Source: a virus
IMG/VR virus record: IMGVR_UViG_3300025897_000071
DNA: 26,750 bases
Reading direction: 5' to 3' (one strand)
Each line of letters opens with the position of its first letter. Position 1 is the stretch's first letter. Made by a program: the position numbers and the translations under genes. The notes beneath the pieces were generated by a model. It saw only the letters and a program-made list of their open reading frames with translations, was not told the origin of the DNA and ran no database searches. Of this stretch, positions 1-8,773 are shown piece by piece.

Positions 1-99
1 CGTGCCGCTGAAGCCCACGCTTTTTCGGCGGTGGTGAGCGTATCGCCATCCTGTCGTTTTTCAAGGAGCGAAAGCCAGAGGGCGTTGGCGTTTTCGCGC
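1..99. repeat. Terminal direct repeat, copy 1 (identical to 26652..26750)
   Basis: Base-by-base comparison shows that 99 nt at the window start equal the last 99 nt. A minus-strand ORF reads through the junction in frame. Confidence 0.95.
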
Positions 100-323
100 T
101 GGTAATCTGGGGCTACCGCGTCGATGCGCTTTCGGGCCTCGGCTTTTACTGTGCGTACATGATTGTCGCGCCTTAACAAAGCCATAGCATCATTGATATC
201 GAACGGAGTAAACCCGTCCTTCCATTCAATAACCCCGTCATTGATACCCAGGACATTATCGTATTGCCCCGATATTCGAAGTGCTTCCTTCATCAAGTAG
301 ATATCATCTAGCTTTTTTGTCAT
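1..323 (-). CDS. Hypothetical protein, 5' part of a junction-spanning 148-aa gene. Possible tail fibre assembly/chaperone-like protein.
   Basis: ATG at 323..321, 5 nt downstream of the fibre gene stop (328..330). Hand translation gives MTKKLDDIYLMKEALRISGQYDNVLGINDGVIEWKDG... The frame continues past base 1 into 26651 and stops at 26530..26528. The function is guessed only from its position after the fibre genes and its helical, alanine-rich C-terminus. Confidence 0.6.
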   Translation of the reverse strand, partial: MTKKLDDIYLMKEALRISGQYDNVLGINDGVIEWKDGFTPFDINDAMALLRRDNHVRTVKAEARKRIDAVAPDYQRENANALWLSLLEKRQDGDTLTTAEKAWASAA

Positions 324-327
324 TTAA

Positions 328-1131
328 TCACGCTCCGATTTCCATAAGGATAATGGTTGATGTGCCACCGCCCGTGTACTGTGTACGTACATCCCCGCTC
401 ACCTCTTTGCATTGTGTTTTATAAGTGTACGTACCTATTCCCGGGGCGATGTCGATAGTGTTCAATGCTACGTTGTCGACAGTTGCAAAAGTTACACTGT
501 CCTCGTCAAAAAACGCCTTTTTAAACTCCTTCACTACGGTCGTGTCACGCATTATTTGTAAATCTGCGTGGAAGGCGTATCCGTTCTCGCCCACATTTTG
601 CGCTACAAATATAAGAACATTGGAATCAGCGGCAGATACCGTAATAGATGCGCTTAATCCGGTGTCGGCGTATGTGGATGTGTGGGTTCTTTGAATCGCA
701 TATGCGCCAAAGGCTACCTGTAACAATTTCCCACCACCACCACCACCTGCATCAGCCCATTTAACGCCTGATGCTTCAGCTGAGTCTGCGGTCAACACTT
801 GATCATTCGTGCCAACGGCAACGCGACCGAGAGCAGAAGCACCGCGCACCAGAAGATCACCCTTCGTTGTTGCGGTAGCATTGGGATCGGCTACGGCAGA
901 CGTGGCCCCGCCTGTGATCTTCACCAGCCCAGAGTACGCAGAAACATCTGCTTCCAAACCGCCTTGCTCATGGGCCACCGTCCCGGTAATCTTGGCGGCG
1001 GGTACTTCGGCCCCGCTACCTTTCAACAGGTTTTTGATCTGAACCTTTTCATCGTTCGTGCCATCGGTGGAGTAAATAACATCCGTCCCATCGGGTGCGG
1101 TGTTTTCGGATAAACTAGGAATTGTACTCAT
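328..1131 (-). CDS. Tail fibre protein
   Basis: 267 aa at the distal end of the tail module. It carries the fibre-type motif GDLLVRGASALGRVAVGTNDQVLTADSAEASGVKWAD, a Gly6 linker and a beta-rich C-terminal domain. Confidence 0.6.
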   Translation of the reverse strand: MSTIPSLSENTAPDGTDVIYSTDGTNDEKVQIKNLLKGSGAEVPAAKITGTVAHEQGGLEADVSAYSGLVKITGGATSAVADPNATATTKGDLLVRGASALGRVAVGTNDQVLTADSAEASGVKWADAGGGGGGKLLQVAFGAYAIQRTHTSTYADTGLSASITVSAADSNVLIFVAQNVGENGYAFHADLQIMRDTTVVKEFKKAFFDEDSVTFATVDNVALNTIDIAPGIGTYTYKTQCKEVSGDVRTQYTGGGTSTIILMEIGA

Positions 1132-1137
1132 AATGAT

Positions 1138-1728
1138 TTACCAGATGCGGCGCAATGAGAGCCGTGATTTTGTAATTTCGTAGGATTCAGCGGGGTAGGA
1201 GTTTCCACTTTTAGCCATTTGAATTTTAGTCGTTCCGCTGGCCGATTCGCCGAACAAAACAAGCGTAAGGCGCAAGCTCTGCACCTGACCAACAAACGAC
1301 GAAAATGAAATTGAAAGGATATTGTCATCTGTCACGGCTGTTTTTTCCAACGCAAAGCTAACCACGCTATTGGTGGAAAAATTTTGCTTCCGAAATCCGT
1401 AAATGTAAGCCCTCACGCCTGTTGGTACGGTGACCGCGCAGACAAAATTGTCATCACTTGTCGCGGCATCGTTTTCGATTTCGCAATTGAACGTACCCGC
1501 GTAGCATTGGCCCTCGTCAATGTTGACGCTTGCAATATCCTGCAACGTGTCGTTCGTGAGGGATGCGGTGTGATCGTAATCAAAGGAGAGCCGCGCCGAA
1601 TCATAGCCATCTTCAGGCGTGGGAGCATTCAGCACATCCAGCGAGCCACGATCAAGGGCGGCAATCATCGCCGACCACGCCGCTTCGGTTACGGTGTCAT
1701 CTGTTTCGGGGAATACAGTAGTAGCCAT
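1138..1728 (-). CDS. Putative receptor-binding/tail fibre protein, paralog B (196 aa)
   Basis: The start is moved to the internal ATG at 1728 (MATTVFPETDDTVTEAAWS), which overlaps the upstream stop as TAATG. Its N-terminus matches that of the upstream gene (MSTTIFPESGDQITEAAWS). The C-terminus is unrelated. Confidence 0.5.
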   Translation of the reverse strand: MATTVFPETDDTVTEAAWSAMIAALDRGSLDVLNAPTPEDGYDSARLSFDYDHTASLTNDTLQDIASVNIDEGQCYAGTFNCEIENDAATSDDNFVCAVTVPTGVRAYIYGFRKQNFSTNSVVSFALEKTAVTDDNILSISFSSFVGQVQSLRLTLVLFGESASGTTKIQMAKSGNSYPAESYEITKSRLSLRRIW

Positions 1729-2519
1729 TATCCTATTATTCTCCGCGCAATAACTACGCTGTTGGCATTCACAACGGTGTTGCCTGCGAAAGCTGTTCCC
1801 TGCGCCCATTGAAGGGCCAACGTGCCGCCTGTGCCGACAAATACAATGCTATCGACAATGGCCACCGCGTCGGTAACTGAGCTGCCGTAGTTGATCGTTC
1901 CATCACCTGACGAGTGAAACGCGGATGTCTGAATTTCAGCTTGAATGGTTGTGTATTCGGTCAACGATCCGCCAGATATAGCCCATTGCAACTTGAAGTC
2001 CGCTGATGCGTCGGGATTGTCAATGATCAGAATTGTGCGGATCTCCCATTGTTCACCGCTAGAAACCGTAAACTGAAAATCGTCATCGTCTTGAAAGGTG
2101 GTCGAGTTGTTCACCGTCTCATCGGCTGGCTTGATGATCAGCACGTTTTGGCTGTTAGCGATGTTGTACGTGTGCGAAACGCTGGTGACGCTTGACCCAT
2201 CGGCAACGGCTGTACCCAGTAGCAATTCAGATCCGGGGTTCGTGCCTGTCGTGTTGGCCGAGAGTGTACCATCGGCGTTAAGCCAAATGTAATTCGTTTG
2301 AGAAGCCGTGACGCTGACCGCCTGCGTTCCGTCGCTAACAATGTGGTAGCCATTGACAACGCACGTTCCAGCCGCCACATCAGCATTGAGGCCCGTCCCT
2401 GCCGATAGGGTGTAACCGCTGACGCGGTAGCGTTCAGCAACCGTTAGGGCTTGGTTCTGCGTAGACCACGCCGCTTCGGTAATCTGATCGCCTGATTCGG
2501 GAAAAATAGTGGTACTCAT
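1728..2519 (-). CDS. Putative receptor-binding/tail fibre protein, paralog A (263 aa)
   Basis: It shares its N-terminal approximately 19 aa with the 1138..1728 gene. The body is beta-rich and Thr/Ser/Gly-rich, and ends ...TLALQWAQGTAFAGNTVVNANSVVIARRI. TAATG overlap with the upstream gene. Confidence 0.55.
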   Translation of the reverse strand: MSTTIFPESGDQITEAAWSTQNQALTVAERYRVSGYTLSAGTGLNADVAAGTCVVNGYHIVSDGTQAVSVTASQTNYIWLNADGTLSANTTGTNPGSELLLGTAVADGSSVTSVSHTYNIANSQNVLIIKPADETVNNSTTFQDDDDFQFTVSSGEQWEIRTILIIDNPDASADFKLQWAISGGSLTEYTTIQAEIQTSAFHSSGDGTINYGSSVTDAVAIVDSIVFVGTGGTLALQWAQGTAFAGNTVVNANSVVIARRIIG

Positions 2520-2974
2520 TATGCGTCAGCAAAGGTTAATGTCCAAGATATTATGACTGAATCAGACGAGGTTTTTACAACGGGAACACCAAGTATAGCA
2601 TGGCAAAACATTGTACCGCCAGAAGATTGGTCAAACAAACCGACTTCCGTTAGTGTACTACCGTTGGCATCCGACTTCGAAAAAAAAGCCTTAAAGGTTG
2701 CCACACCCGATGAACTGGTTTTTGTGGTAAACGCATTGCGCTCAACCTCGGATTCCATTGCGGTATCGGTAAGCGCAACAGCTGTCGTGCCTGTACCAAC
2801 GGCAATGTGTGAGGGAAACGCCGTAGAGTCTTCAGCAATCAAGGCAGCGATCCTGTTTCGCCCGGTGTTGACAACCATGTTTTTAGACGTTGTGCGCTGT
2901 ATTTCGCGGCCTTCGCGCATTACCTGAACAGTAACTTCGCCGCGTGGGTTTATGTTATCCAACATGGAATCCAT
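2519..2974 (-). CDS. Tail-collar-fibre-like small tail protein
   Basis: 151 aa. The pattern NTGRNRIAALIA...IAVGTGTT...E..R...NGSTLTEVGLFDQSSGGTMFCHA resembles the phage tail-collar fibre N-terminal domain (..IRE.GLFD..G.L.A). Recalled from memory, not searched. Confidence 0.45.
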   Translation of the reverse strand: MDSMLDNINPRGEVTVQVMREGREIQRTTSKNMVVNTGRNRIAALIAEDSTAFPSHIAVGTGTTAVALTDTAMESEVERNAFTTKTSSSGVATFKAFFSKSDANGSTLTEVGLFDQSSGGTMFCHAILGVPVVKTSSDSVIISWTLTFADA

Positions 2975-4460
2975 TGATATATGTATTTACGCCGTTGACA
3001 GTATATGCGCCTGCATAACTTGTTGTTGACGGTAAATCCTGCATGGTAATTGAATCTTTTGATTCTCGTAAATTCAGCACCGTTTCGTTTTCGCGCGGGG
3101 TAAACTTGCGATCTTGCCGTGTTTTGTCTTTGAAATCATGCGTCCACCGACCGTAGGCGGCAGAGGCCGAAGCCTGAACAGTATAGCGAAAAGATCCGTT
3201 ATCTTTTATGTTGGCCGAAATGCGCTCAATAAGATAATCAGCGTTTACGCCATGCGCCGAAAGGTTGATTGTTTGAAGCGTTCCCGCCACCAGCCCCGTT
3301 GTATCGGTTTCGTATTGTACCGTTTCCTGAAGGTTGCCGAACCGAGCCAATAAGCTAACGGCCTTATTTATCGCCTCGGCGCGGGTTTCAATGTCGGGCG
3401 CGTCATATATATGCTCGTATCTTCCATTTCCCGCTTCAACTAAGGCCCGATCATCCTCAAGATCTTTGTTGATGTTACTGACAATAAGGGGAATACGGGG
3501 TTCGTAGGTAATTTTGACCTTGTCGCTGGATGATAATACTGAGCCTCCACCGTCTTGATAAAACACCCGAACGCCTATATTGTAGTACCAATCCTTTCCA
3601 GTATCAACACCACCCACGCCAACGTTTTTAGATACATATCCAGACCCCGTATCAACCTCAATGGTGGGAACCGTACCGATGGCTGTTTCAGCAAGGAAAG
3701 CTCTTTTGCTTCCGTCCCCTGTTTGTGTTTCTGCGCGACTTTCGCCGATCTCTGATGCTGCCCGCACGTATTGCACCGTTCTCAAAAGGTTGCGACTACG
3801 CTTAAAAGTGATCTTTCGGTAGTCGGCGTTTGCATCTGTTATATCATACGCTGAGCGCAGAAGGTCGCGGGGAAAGAAATTAAGCTTTTTGTCTTTGTCT
3901 ATGTTCCACGAAAAGCCCGTCAACTCAGCCATTTCGTCTAGGCAATCTTCTGCGTACCTCCAATTAAACACCTTCTTTTCAATTAGTGGCCCTGCGGCAA
4001 TCGTTCCCGCCGTGATGCCCTCGGCTACTAAATGGGAATCTGCAATTATAGCTTCGACAATTTCCCCGGCGGTGCTGTCCGTAAAAGAGCGTTGTATCAA
4101 TCTCTTCGACAGGAGTTGGTCAAAATCGACACAACGATAAATGAAGCGCAGGTGCGTGGATGCGCCAACGGTTATGTCAATTTCATCGTAGCCGTTAACC
4201 GTACCGCCCCAAAAAGTAGTTCGTGCCACAAGACCCAGCTCACCACCGCCGACAAGTTCTAATGCGCCACCGCCGACAAGTTCTAAATCTTCATCAGCGA
4301 TGTCAACCAGAAAAACATCCTCGCCAATATCCAAAGGCGGCGAAGAACCATCGGCGGCGAATTGCACCGCGCCGCGCTGATTTATAGTGTCCTCGTACAC
4401 CAATGATTCCTTGATGTAGTTCACATCGGCAGCGGCCCCGTCTTGTATGGTGATGGCCAT
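2955..4460 (-). CDS. Minor tail / hub-like tail tip protein
   Basis: 501 aa, immediately after the tape measure (TAATG overlap). The layout FWGGTVNGYDEI...YRCVDFDQLLSKR...AGEIVEAII...LDEMAELTGFSWNIDKDKKLNFFPR recalls gpD/gp27-like hub proteins. It contains a 20-nt direct repeat (4243..4262 and 4267..4286) encoding LELVGGG twice. Confidence 0.45.
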   Translation of the reverse strand: MAITIQDGAAADVNYIKESLVYEDTINQRGAVQFAADGSSPPLDIGEDVFLVDIADEDLELVGGGALELVGGGELGLVARTTFWGGTVNGYDEIDITVGASTHLRFIYRCVDFDQLLSKRLIQRSFTDSTAGEIVEAIIADSHLVAEGITAGTIAAGPLIEKKVFNWRYAEDCLDEMAELTGFSWNIDKDKKLNFFPRDLLRSAYDITDANADYRKITFKRSRNLLRTVQYVRAASEIGESRAETQTGDGSKRAFLAETAIGTVPTIEVDTGSGYVSKNVGVGGVDTGKDWYYNIGVRVFYQDGGGSVLSSSDKVKITYEPRIPLIVSNINKDLEDDRALVEAGNGRYEHIYDAPDIETRAEAINKAVSLLARFGNLQETVQYETDTTGLVAGTLQTINLSAHGVNADYLIERISANIKDNGSFRYTVQASASAAYGRWTHDFKDKTRQDRKFTPRENETVLNLRESKDSITMQDLPSTTSYAGAYTVNGVNTYINGFHVG

Positions 4461-7400
4461 TAGTAGTTTGTCCCGTATACTGTTAATTCTTCGGCCATGT
4501 AGGGTACAGTTGCGGTCGCTATGGTCTGCCCGTCCAACATCACATACACGTTTTGACCACCAGTAGCGCGGCCCTGCCAGCCACCCATATTAGAGAAATC
4601 ACCCCAGCCACTAAAGTCTACGCCACTAAGATTATCAGCCCACCCCGCGCCACCGAGAAAGACACCGCTGTCCATAGCCATTTGCTGCCATTGTTCTAAT
4701 GTCAAACCAAGATCGGCAAGTGAGGTGCCTTCGCTTAATAATCTGCGTATTGATTCAACAAAAACCAATCCCGTAGCCGCAAGGCCAAGTGCTGTGCCTG
4801 CGCCGCCTCCTGCACCTGCTGTGCCTGCGCCGCCTCCTGCACCTGCTCCTGCGCCTGCGCCCGGCATAAGTGTATTGATTGTGTCATTGACTTGTGAGGC
4901 GGTATTGACCGCCGTTTGAGCATCGAACCAACCCCAGACTTTAAGCACAATCCACTTGATGCCATCTAGTACATTATCTAAAATACCAATGATTGAATCC
5001 CACGTTTCGGCTTTAAAAAGAACTAGCAATGCTTCAAATCCCAAAACCACATCTGCAACATCGGTTGCCACCTTCGTGATTTTATCAGCCCAGCCGCCAA
5101 GTTTTGAGCCAAACAAAACGTCTAACCCTCCTTTTACGTCCCTTAACGCACCAGCCACCAGCCCCGTATCTGAGCTAAGATCGCCCATGTAGTCGGACGC
5201 TTTTTGCACTTTTAAGCCAAACAAACCCCATTTGTTAATGTCATCTTCTGAAGGTGGATCTACGTCCCATTCAGGCATTTCCAGCGTAGACGGAACACGC
5301 AGATTGCCCGTTAGCACTACGGCTTCATCACTTACGCTTTTTATGGCAGAAATAAACGTGCTAAAGTTGGGTTTATACGTCTCAAGCTCTGCAACTACAT
5401 TTTTTACACCACCAACAGACCGCCCCGCATTGCTCGCCGCCGCACCGACGCTGAAGGTTTTGGATTCAGAAAGTGCATCTCTCAAGGTTTGGAACGATGG
5501 GGCAAGTTTATCCGCATCATTCACCGCTGTTTCGATGTCACCAAAGGCGGTATCAAGGGCTTCGGCATCTACCTTTCCGCTAGACAAAGCCGACTTGATG
5601 GTTGCAAACGATGGAGCGAGTATATCCGCATCACCCACCGCCGTTTCGATATTGCCAAAAGCAGCGTCAAGGGCATCAGCATCTACCTTCCCACCAGACA
5701 GAGCAGATTTAATGGTTGCAAACGATGGAGCGAGTATATCAACATCCCCGACCGCCGTTTCAATTTTTCTCAACGCAGAATCAAACAAGATAGCCGCCGA
5801 CTGCCCACCGCCCAACGCCGACTTGATGATCCCAAACGCTGGGTTAAGCCCGTCAACATCACCCACCGCCGTTTTGATATTATCAAAGGCTGTTTCTACA
5901 TCTTCAGCAGATAACTCTACACCATCTTCGCCAGTTAATTCTTTCTTTGCCCCGGCTCCAAAGTCACCCAACAAGCTCAAGCCGCTGGTCTTCATGTTGC
6001 TGATAGCGGTTGTAATGCCTCCCATCGCACCTTCAACAAGCGTCTTGAAATCTGTTGAGCCAAATTTCGAGTCTAGCTCAGTATCGCCTACGTCTAATGT
6101 GTCCTTTATTGTGGTTACAAAATTGGATGCCGTTTGATTTGTATAGTTGAGTTGTTGTTCTACAATGTTATTGAGTGCTGTCAATTCACCTCCCCATCCT
6201 GGCTTTAGGAGTTCCATTCCTAAATCAATGGCGTTCTTCATCTGCTCGAAGGCGTTGGTGATCACCAAAATCGTCTGAGATAACGCGCCGCCTAGTATGG
6301 TGATAATCTCCCCACCGTGAGCAGCCCACAAGGCAGATATAATTCCCAGCCCTGCATTGACAATGGTGTACGCCGCATTTAGACCAGTACCCAATGCACC
6401 GCTAATGGCGGTCATCATCGCCCCAACCTTGTCCATTACGCCTTGCTTGTTGTCATCCCACCAAGTCAAAAGGGTTCCGAATATGGACGCTCCAATATCA
6501 ACAACATTCTCAACATAAGATTTAATTTGATCAATCGCGGGCTGAAAATCATCTACAATGGAATCATAAAAACCCGACACGGCCGCCGTTACTGAGTCCC
6601 AGTTTCGAGCAAGGGCAAAGGCGATTACGCCTATACCTACCATTGCAATGCTCAAAGGTGAAAACAAACCCATCAACAGAGAGCCAACGTTGAAAACGGC
6701 AGACAGACTACTGGCCAAACCACCGACCACAAATACCGCAGGGCCAAAAGCGGCGGCAAGACCCGCAACGGCAAGGGCGGTTTTCTGTGCTTCCGGGGAA
6801 AGACTAGACAGCCATTGTACTGCGGTTTTTAGTTTTTCAACAAAGGGCAAAAGGGCTTGCCCCATAAGTGCGCCAAACGATTCGGCTAAATCACCTATTG
6901 AATTTTTTAGTTGAACGAACGGCCCCATTCCTGCACTAGCCGCCGCCGCTGCCGCACCGCCAAACTGGTTTTCTAGTTCGTCAAGAATCAACGCCTGTGC
7001 TTCTGCCAGCCGATTCGTTTCAGCCATCTCCTTAATGACAGCCTTTTGTTTATCAGAAAATTGTATGCCAGTGCGCGAGAGTGCGCCCATGTTTGCAACG
7101 GGGTCATTTAGGGCCTTACCCAGCTGAATCGTTGCGCTGGTGAGATCCGTTCCCATCCTTGTCGAAAGATTAAGAACGGCTTGCTGCGTGCGCTCAAACT
7201 CCGAGCCTGCAATACTGGTAAACGTGAGTAAGTTGGCGGTGACATTCTTTAGAATATCCTCATCACCAAACAAAGATGTTTTTTGTAGTTCAGAAGCTTT
7301 TTGCGCAAGTTCATCAACCTCAAACCCTGCCGCCTTGCCTGTTGATTTAACCGCGGATTCTACCTGTGCAAGTGCTTTCGCCTGCTGATCCCACGCCTTG

Positions 7401-7576
7401 ACCGCAACGGCTCCAAAGGCTACAAGCGGAGCCGTTAGGCCCAAACTCATGGTCTTTCCTACCGACTGCATTTTGCGACCCACATTTCCAATGCGAGAAG
7501 ACACCGCTGTCATCTTCTTATTGAAGTCGGTAATATCGCCTGCTATTCGGACGTTCAGCGTGGTCAGCGTTGACAT
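4460..7576 (-). CDS. Tail tape measure protein
   Basis: 1038 aa. The N-terminal core resembles TP901-family tape measures (...GKTMSLGLTAPLVAFGAVAVKAW...LFGDEDILKNVTANLLTF...GALSRTGIQFSDKQK). It has hydrophobic central segments and internal tandem repeats, and lies after the G/GT chaperones. Confidence 0.9.
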   Translation of the reverse strand: MSTLTTLNVRIAGDITDFNKKMTAVSSRIGNVGRKMQSVGKTMSLGLTAPLVAFGAVAVKAWDQQAKALAQVESAVKSTGKAAGFEVDELAQKASELQKTSLFGDEDILKNVTANLLTFTSIAGSEFERTQQAVLNLSTRMGTDLTSATIQLGKALNDPVANMGALSRTGIQFSDKQKAVIKEMAETNRLAEAQALILDELENQFGGAAAAAASAGMGPFVQLKNSIGDLAESFGALMGQALLPFVEKLKTAVQWLSSLSPEAQKTALAVAGLAAAFGPAVFVVGGLASSLSAVFNVGSLLMGLFSPLSIAMVGIGVIAFALARNWDSVTAAVSGFYDSIVDDFQPAIDQIKSYVENVVDIGASIFGTLLTWWDDNKQGVMDKVGAMMTAISGALGTGLNAAYTIVNAGLGIISALWAAHGGEIITILGGALSQTILVITNAFEQMKNAIDLGMELLKPGWGGELTALNNIVEQQLNYTNQTASNFVTTIKDTLDVGDTELDSKFGSTDFKTLVEGAMGGITTAISNMKTSGLSLLGDFGAGAKKELTGEDGVELSAEDVETAFDNIKTAVGDVDGLNPAFGIIKSALGGGQSAAILFDSALRKIETAVGDVDILAPSFATIKSALSGGKVDADALDAAFGNIETAVGDADILAPSFATIKSALSSGKVDAEALDTAFGDIETAVNDADKLAPSFQTLRDALSESKTFSVGAAASNAGRSVGGVKNVVAELETYKPNFSTFISAIKSVSDEAVVLTGNLRVPSTLEMPEWDVDPPSEDDINKWGLFGLKVQKASDYMGDLSSDTGLVAGALRDVKGGLDVLFGSKLGGWADKITKVATDVADVVLGFEALLVLFKAETWDSIIGILDNVLDGIKWIVLKVWGWFDAQTAVNTASQVNDTINTLMPGAGAGAGAGGGAGTAGAGGGAGTALGLAATGLVFVESIRRLLSEGTSLADLGLTLEQWQQMAMDSGVFLGGAGWADNLSGVDFSGWGDFSNMGGWQGRATGGQNVYVMLDGQTIATATVPYMAEELTVYGTNY
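4791..4844 (-). repeat. Perfect 27-bp tandem duplication in the tape measure gene (Gly/Ala-rich segment)
   Basis: gctgtgcctgcgccgcctcctgcacct occurs at 4791..4817 and again at 4818..4844. It encodes the GAGAGAGAGGGAGTAGAGGGAGTALG tract. Confidence 0.9.
5420..5875 (-). repeat. Four tandem 114-nt (38-aa) repeats inside the tape measure gene
   Basis: Units are at 5875..5762, 5761..5648, 5647..5534 and 5533..5420. Each starts with [KE]TAV[GN]D[VA]D.L.P[AS]F. The string ggttgcaaacgatggagcgagtatatc recurs at 5600 and 5714, a 114-nt period. Confidence 0.9.
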
Positions 7577-7908
7577 TATTTTCTCTTTATTTTGCGCACG
7601 ACATCATCACGCCATGCTCGATATTCTTCTATCGGCATCGTCTCCGTGTTCTTCTGCGCCCGCTTCGGCCACATGGCATCGAGTGGCTTTGGCTTGCGCG
7701 AAACGGTGTTGATAATTGCCTGCGATATTGTAAGGGTGCGCCGCCAGTTTTCTTCGTTCTGATCGCGCTGGTGGAGCATCACGCCGCGCATCATGGCGTT
7801 TAAATCTCGAAAAGAACATTGATCAACCTCGGCGGGTGTCATGCCCAGAAGTGAAGCACAACGCCCGTCGAGGCGATCAAAATCAGGGAACGAAGCCGAA
7901 GAAATCAC
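7576..7908 (-). CDS. Tail assembly chaperone T segment, probably expressed as a G-T fusion by -1 frameshift
   Basis: It lies in the -1 frame relative to 7905..8261 and has only a GTG at its 5' end, overlapping the G stop (GTGA). It ends TAATG-coupled to the tape measure start. Confidence 0.6.
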   Translation of the reverse strand: MISSASFPDFDRLDGRCASLLGMTPAEVDQCSFRDLNAMMRGVMLHQRDQNEENWRRTLTISQAIINTVSRKPKPLDAMWPKRAQKNTETMPIEEYRAWRDDVVRKIKRK

Positions 7909-8261
7909 TTCCCCGGCTTGTCGTTTCCCTCATCATCACCACCCGCGTTCTGGTCTTCGCCGAAGGTCAGACCATCCGTCATGCGTTGTAGTGCGACCCC
8001 AACAGAGGAAATGATTTTTCCCTCGTCGGAATTTGCCATCGAAATAACGAAATCGGTTTCCTTCAATTTTGGATCATCGGGTAGACATCCCACATACGCC
8101 AGTTGAGCCAGCGTTGAAAGTGTCGGATTCGATAAATCGGCCATTGAAAAAGTAATCTTGTGGCGTATCTCTGCCAATCTAAACGCGGCGGGGCCGAGCT
8201 TGATGGTTTTGGTTTCACCGTCCAATTCGATTTCGAGTGTTTCAGGATGATTGTTTTTCAT
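7905..8261 (-). CDS. Tail assembly chaperone (gpG-like)
   Basis: 118 aa with an acidic C-terminus, lying between the major tail protein and the tape measure. A slippery heptamer sits near its 3' end. Confidence 0.7.
   Translation of the reverse strand: MKNNHPETLEIELDGETKTIKLGPAAFRLAEIRHKITFSMADLSNPTLSTLAQLAYVGCLPDDPKLKETDFVISMANSDEGKIISSVGVALQRMTDGLTFGEDQNAGGDDEGNDKPGK
7923..7929 (-). promoter_or_regulatory. Candidate -1 programmed frameshift heptamer G GGA AAC
   Basis: The minus strand reads GAG GGA AAC GAC AAG CCG GGG AAG TGA in the G frame. The -1 frame has three consecutive TGA codons just upstream. It opens exactly at GGG AAA CGA and runs into the T segment. Confidence 0.55.
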
Positions 8262-8326
8262 GTCAGTTTTTTGACTTATGATTTAAAATTATTGCTCATT
8301 TGTTGAGCTTATTTGATAGCTGGTTT

Positions 8327-8773
8327 TTACGATCCAGCAACTTCCGTAAATGCTCCCGAAACCTGAATGGTTGCCGTGAACGTAGATGCAGATTCATCTG
8401 CAAACGATGTTGACAGATCGGTGATCACGCCGCTTCCATGCCATTCGGTATCTCCAGTCGTAGCAGATGTAACGAGAAAATAAACCGTACCTGTGGCTGC
8501 TTCAAAAGCATCAGAAAGTTTGGTATACCCTGCGTCTTCGGTGTGGTCGAAAAGCCCAGAGATCGAAACCGTTTCGTTTCTGCGTCCAGAGATGAATGAA
8601 CTGTTATCGCCATCGTCTTTCGTTGATGTGTCGATTGCGTTCCGTGAGCGCGAGATGCTGATGTCAGTTGCTTTACCAACTAACGCATAAGCAGCATCTC
8701 CATTATCTGCGGCTGCTGAAGGTGCTGACGTTCCGGCATAGCACAGATAAGCGCGGCCTGCTAAATTAGCCAT
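8327..8773 (-). CDS. Major tail protein
   Basis: 148 aa, upstream of the chaperones. Its size and sequence style (MANLAGRAYLCYAG...TVSISGLFD...YFLVTSATTGDTEWHGSGVITDLS...) match small siphovirus major tail proteins of the TP901-1/phi13 type. Confidence 0.75.
   Translation of the reverse strand: MANLAGRAYLCYAGTSAPSAAADNGDAAYALVGKATDISISRSRNAIDTSTKDDGDNSSFISGRRNETVSISGLFDHTEDAGYTKLSDAFEAATGTVYFLVTSATTGDTEWHGSGVITDLSTSFADESASTFTATIQVSGAFTEVAGS

Noticed and set aside
1729-1809. 27-aa N-terminal extension of the 1138..1809 ORF
   Set aside because: The internal ATG at 1728 gives an N-terminus matching the upstream paralog and a TAATG stop/start overlap like the other junctions. The extension lies inside the upstream gene.
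5232-6137. 301-aa plus-strand ORF (and the nested 5489..5914 ORF) antisense to the tape measure gene
   Set aside because: It lies entirely inside the tape measure repeat region on the opposite strand. The product is low-complexity and Ser/Ala/Pro-rich, there is no SD, and the frame is kept open by the repeats. It is a shadow ORF.
8294-8308. Small hairpin GCTCA-acaaa-TGAGC after the major tail gene
   Set aside because: It has a 5-bp stem followed by aataatttt on the minus strand. An attenuator after the major tail gene is plausible, but the evidence is marginal.
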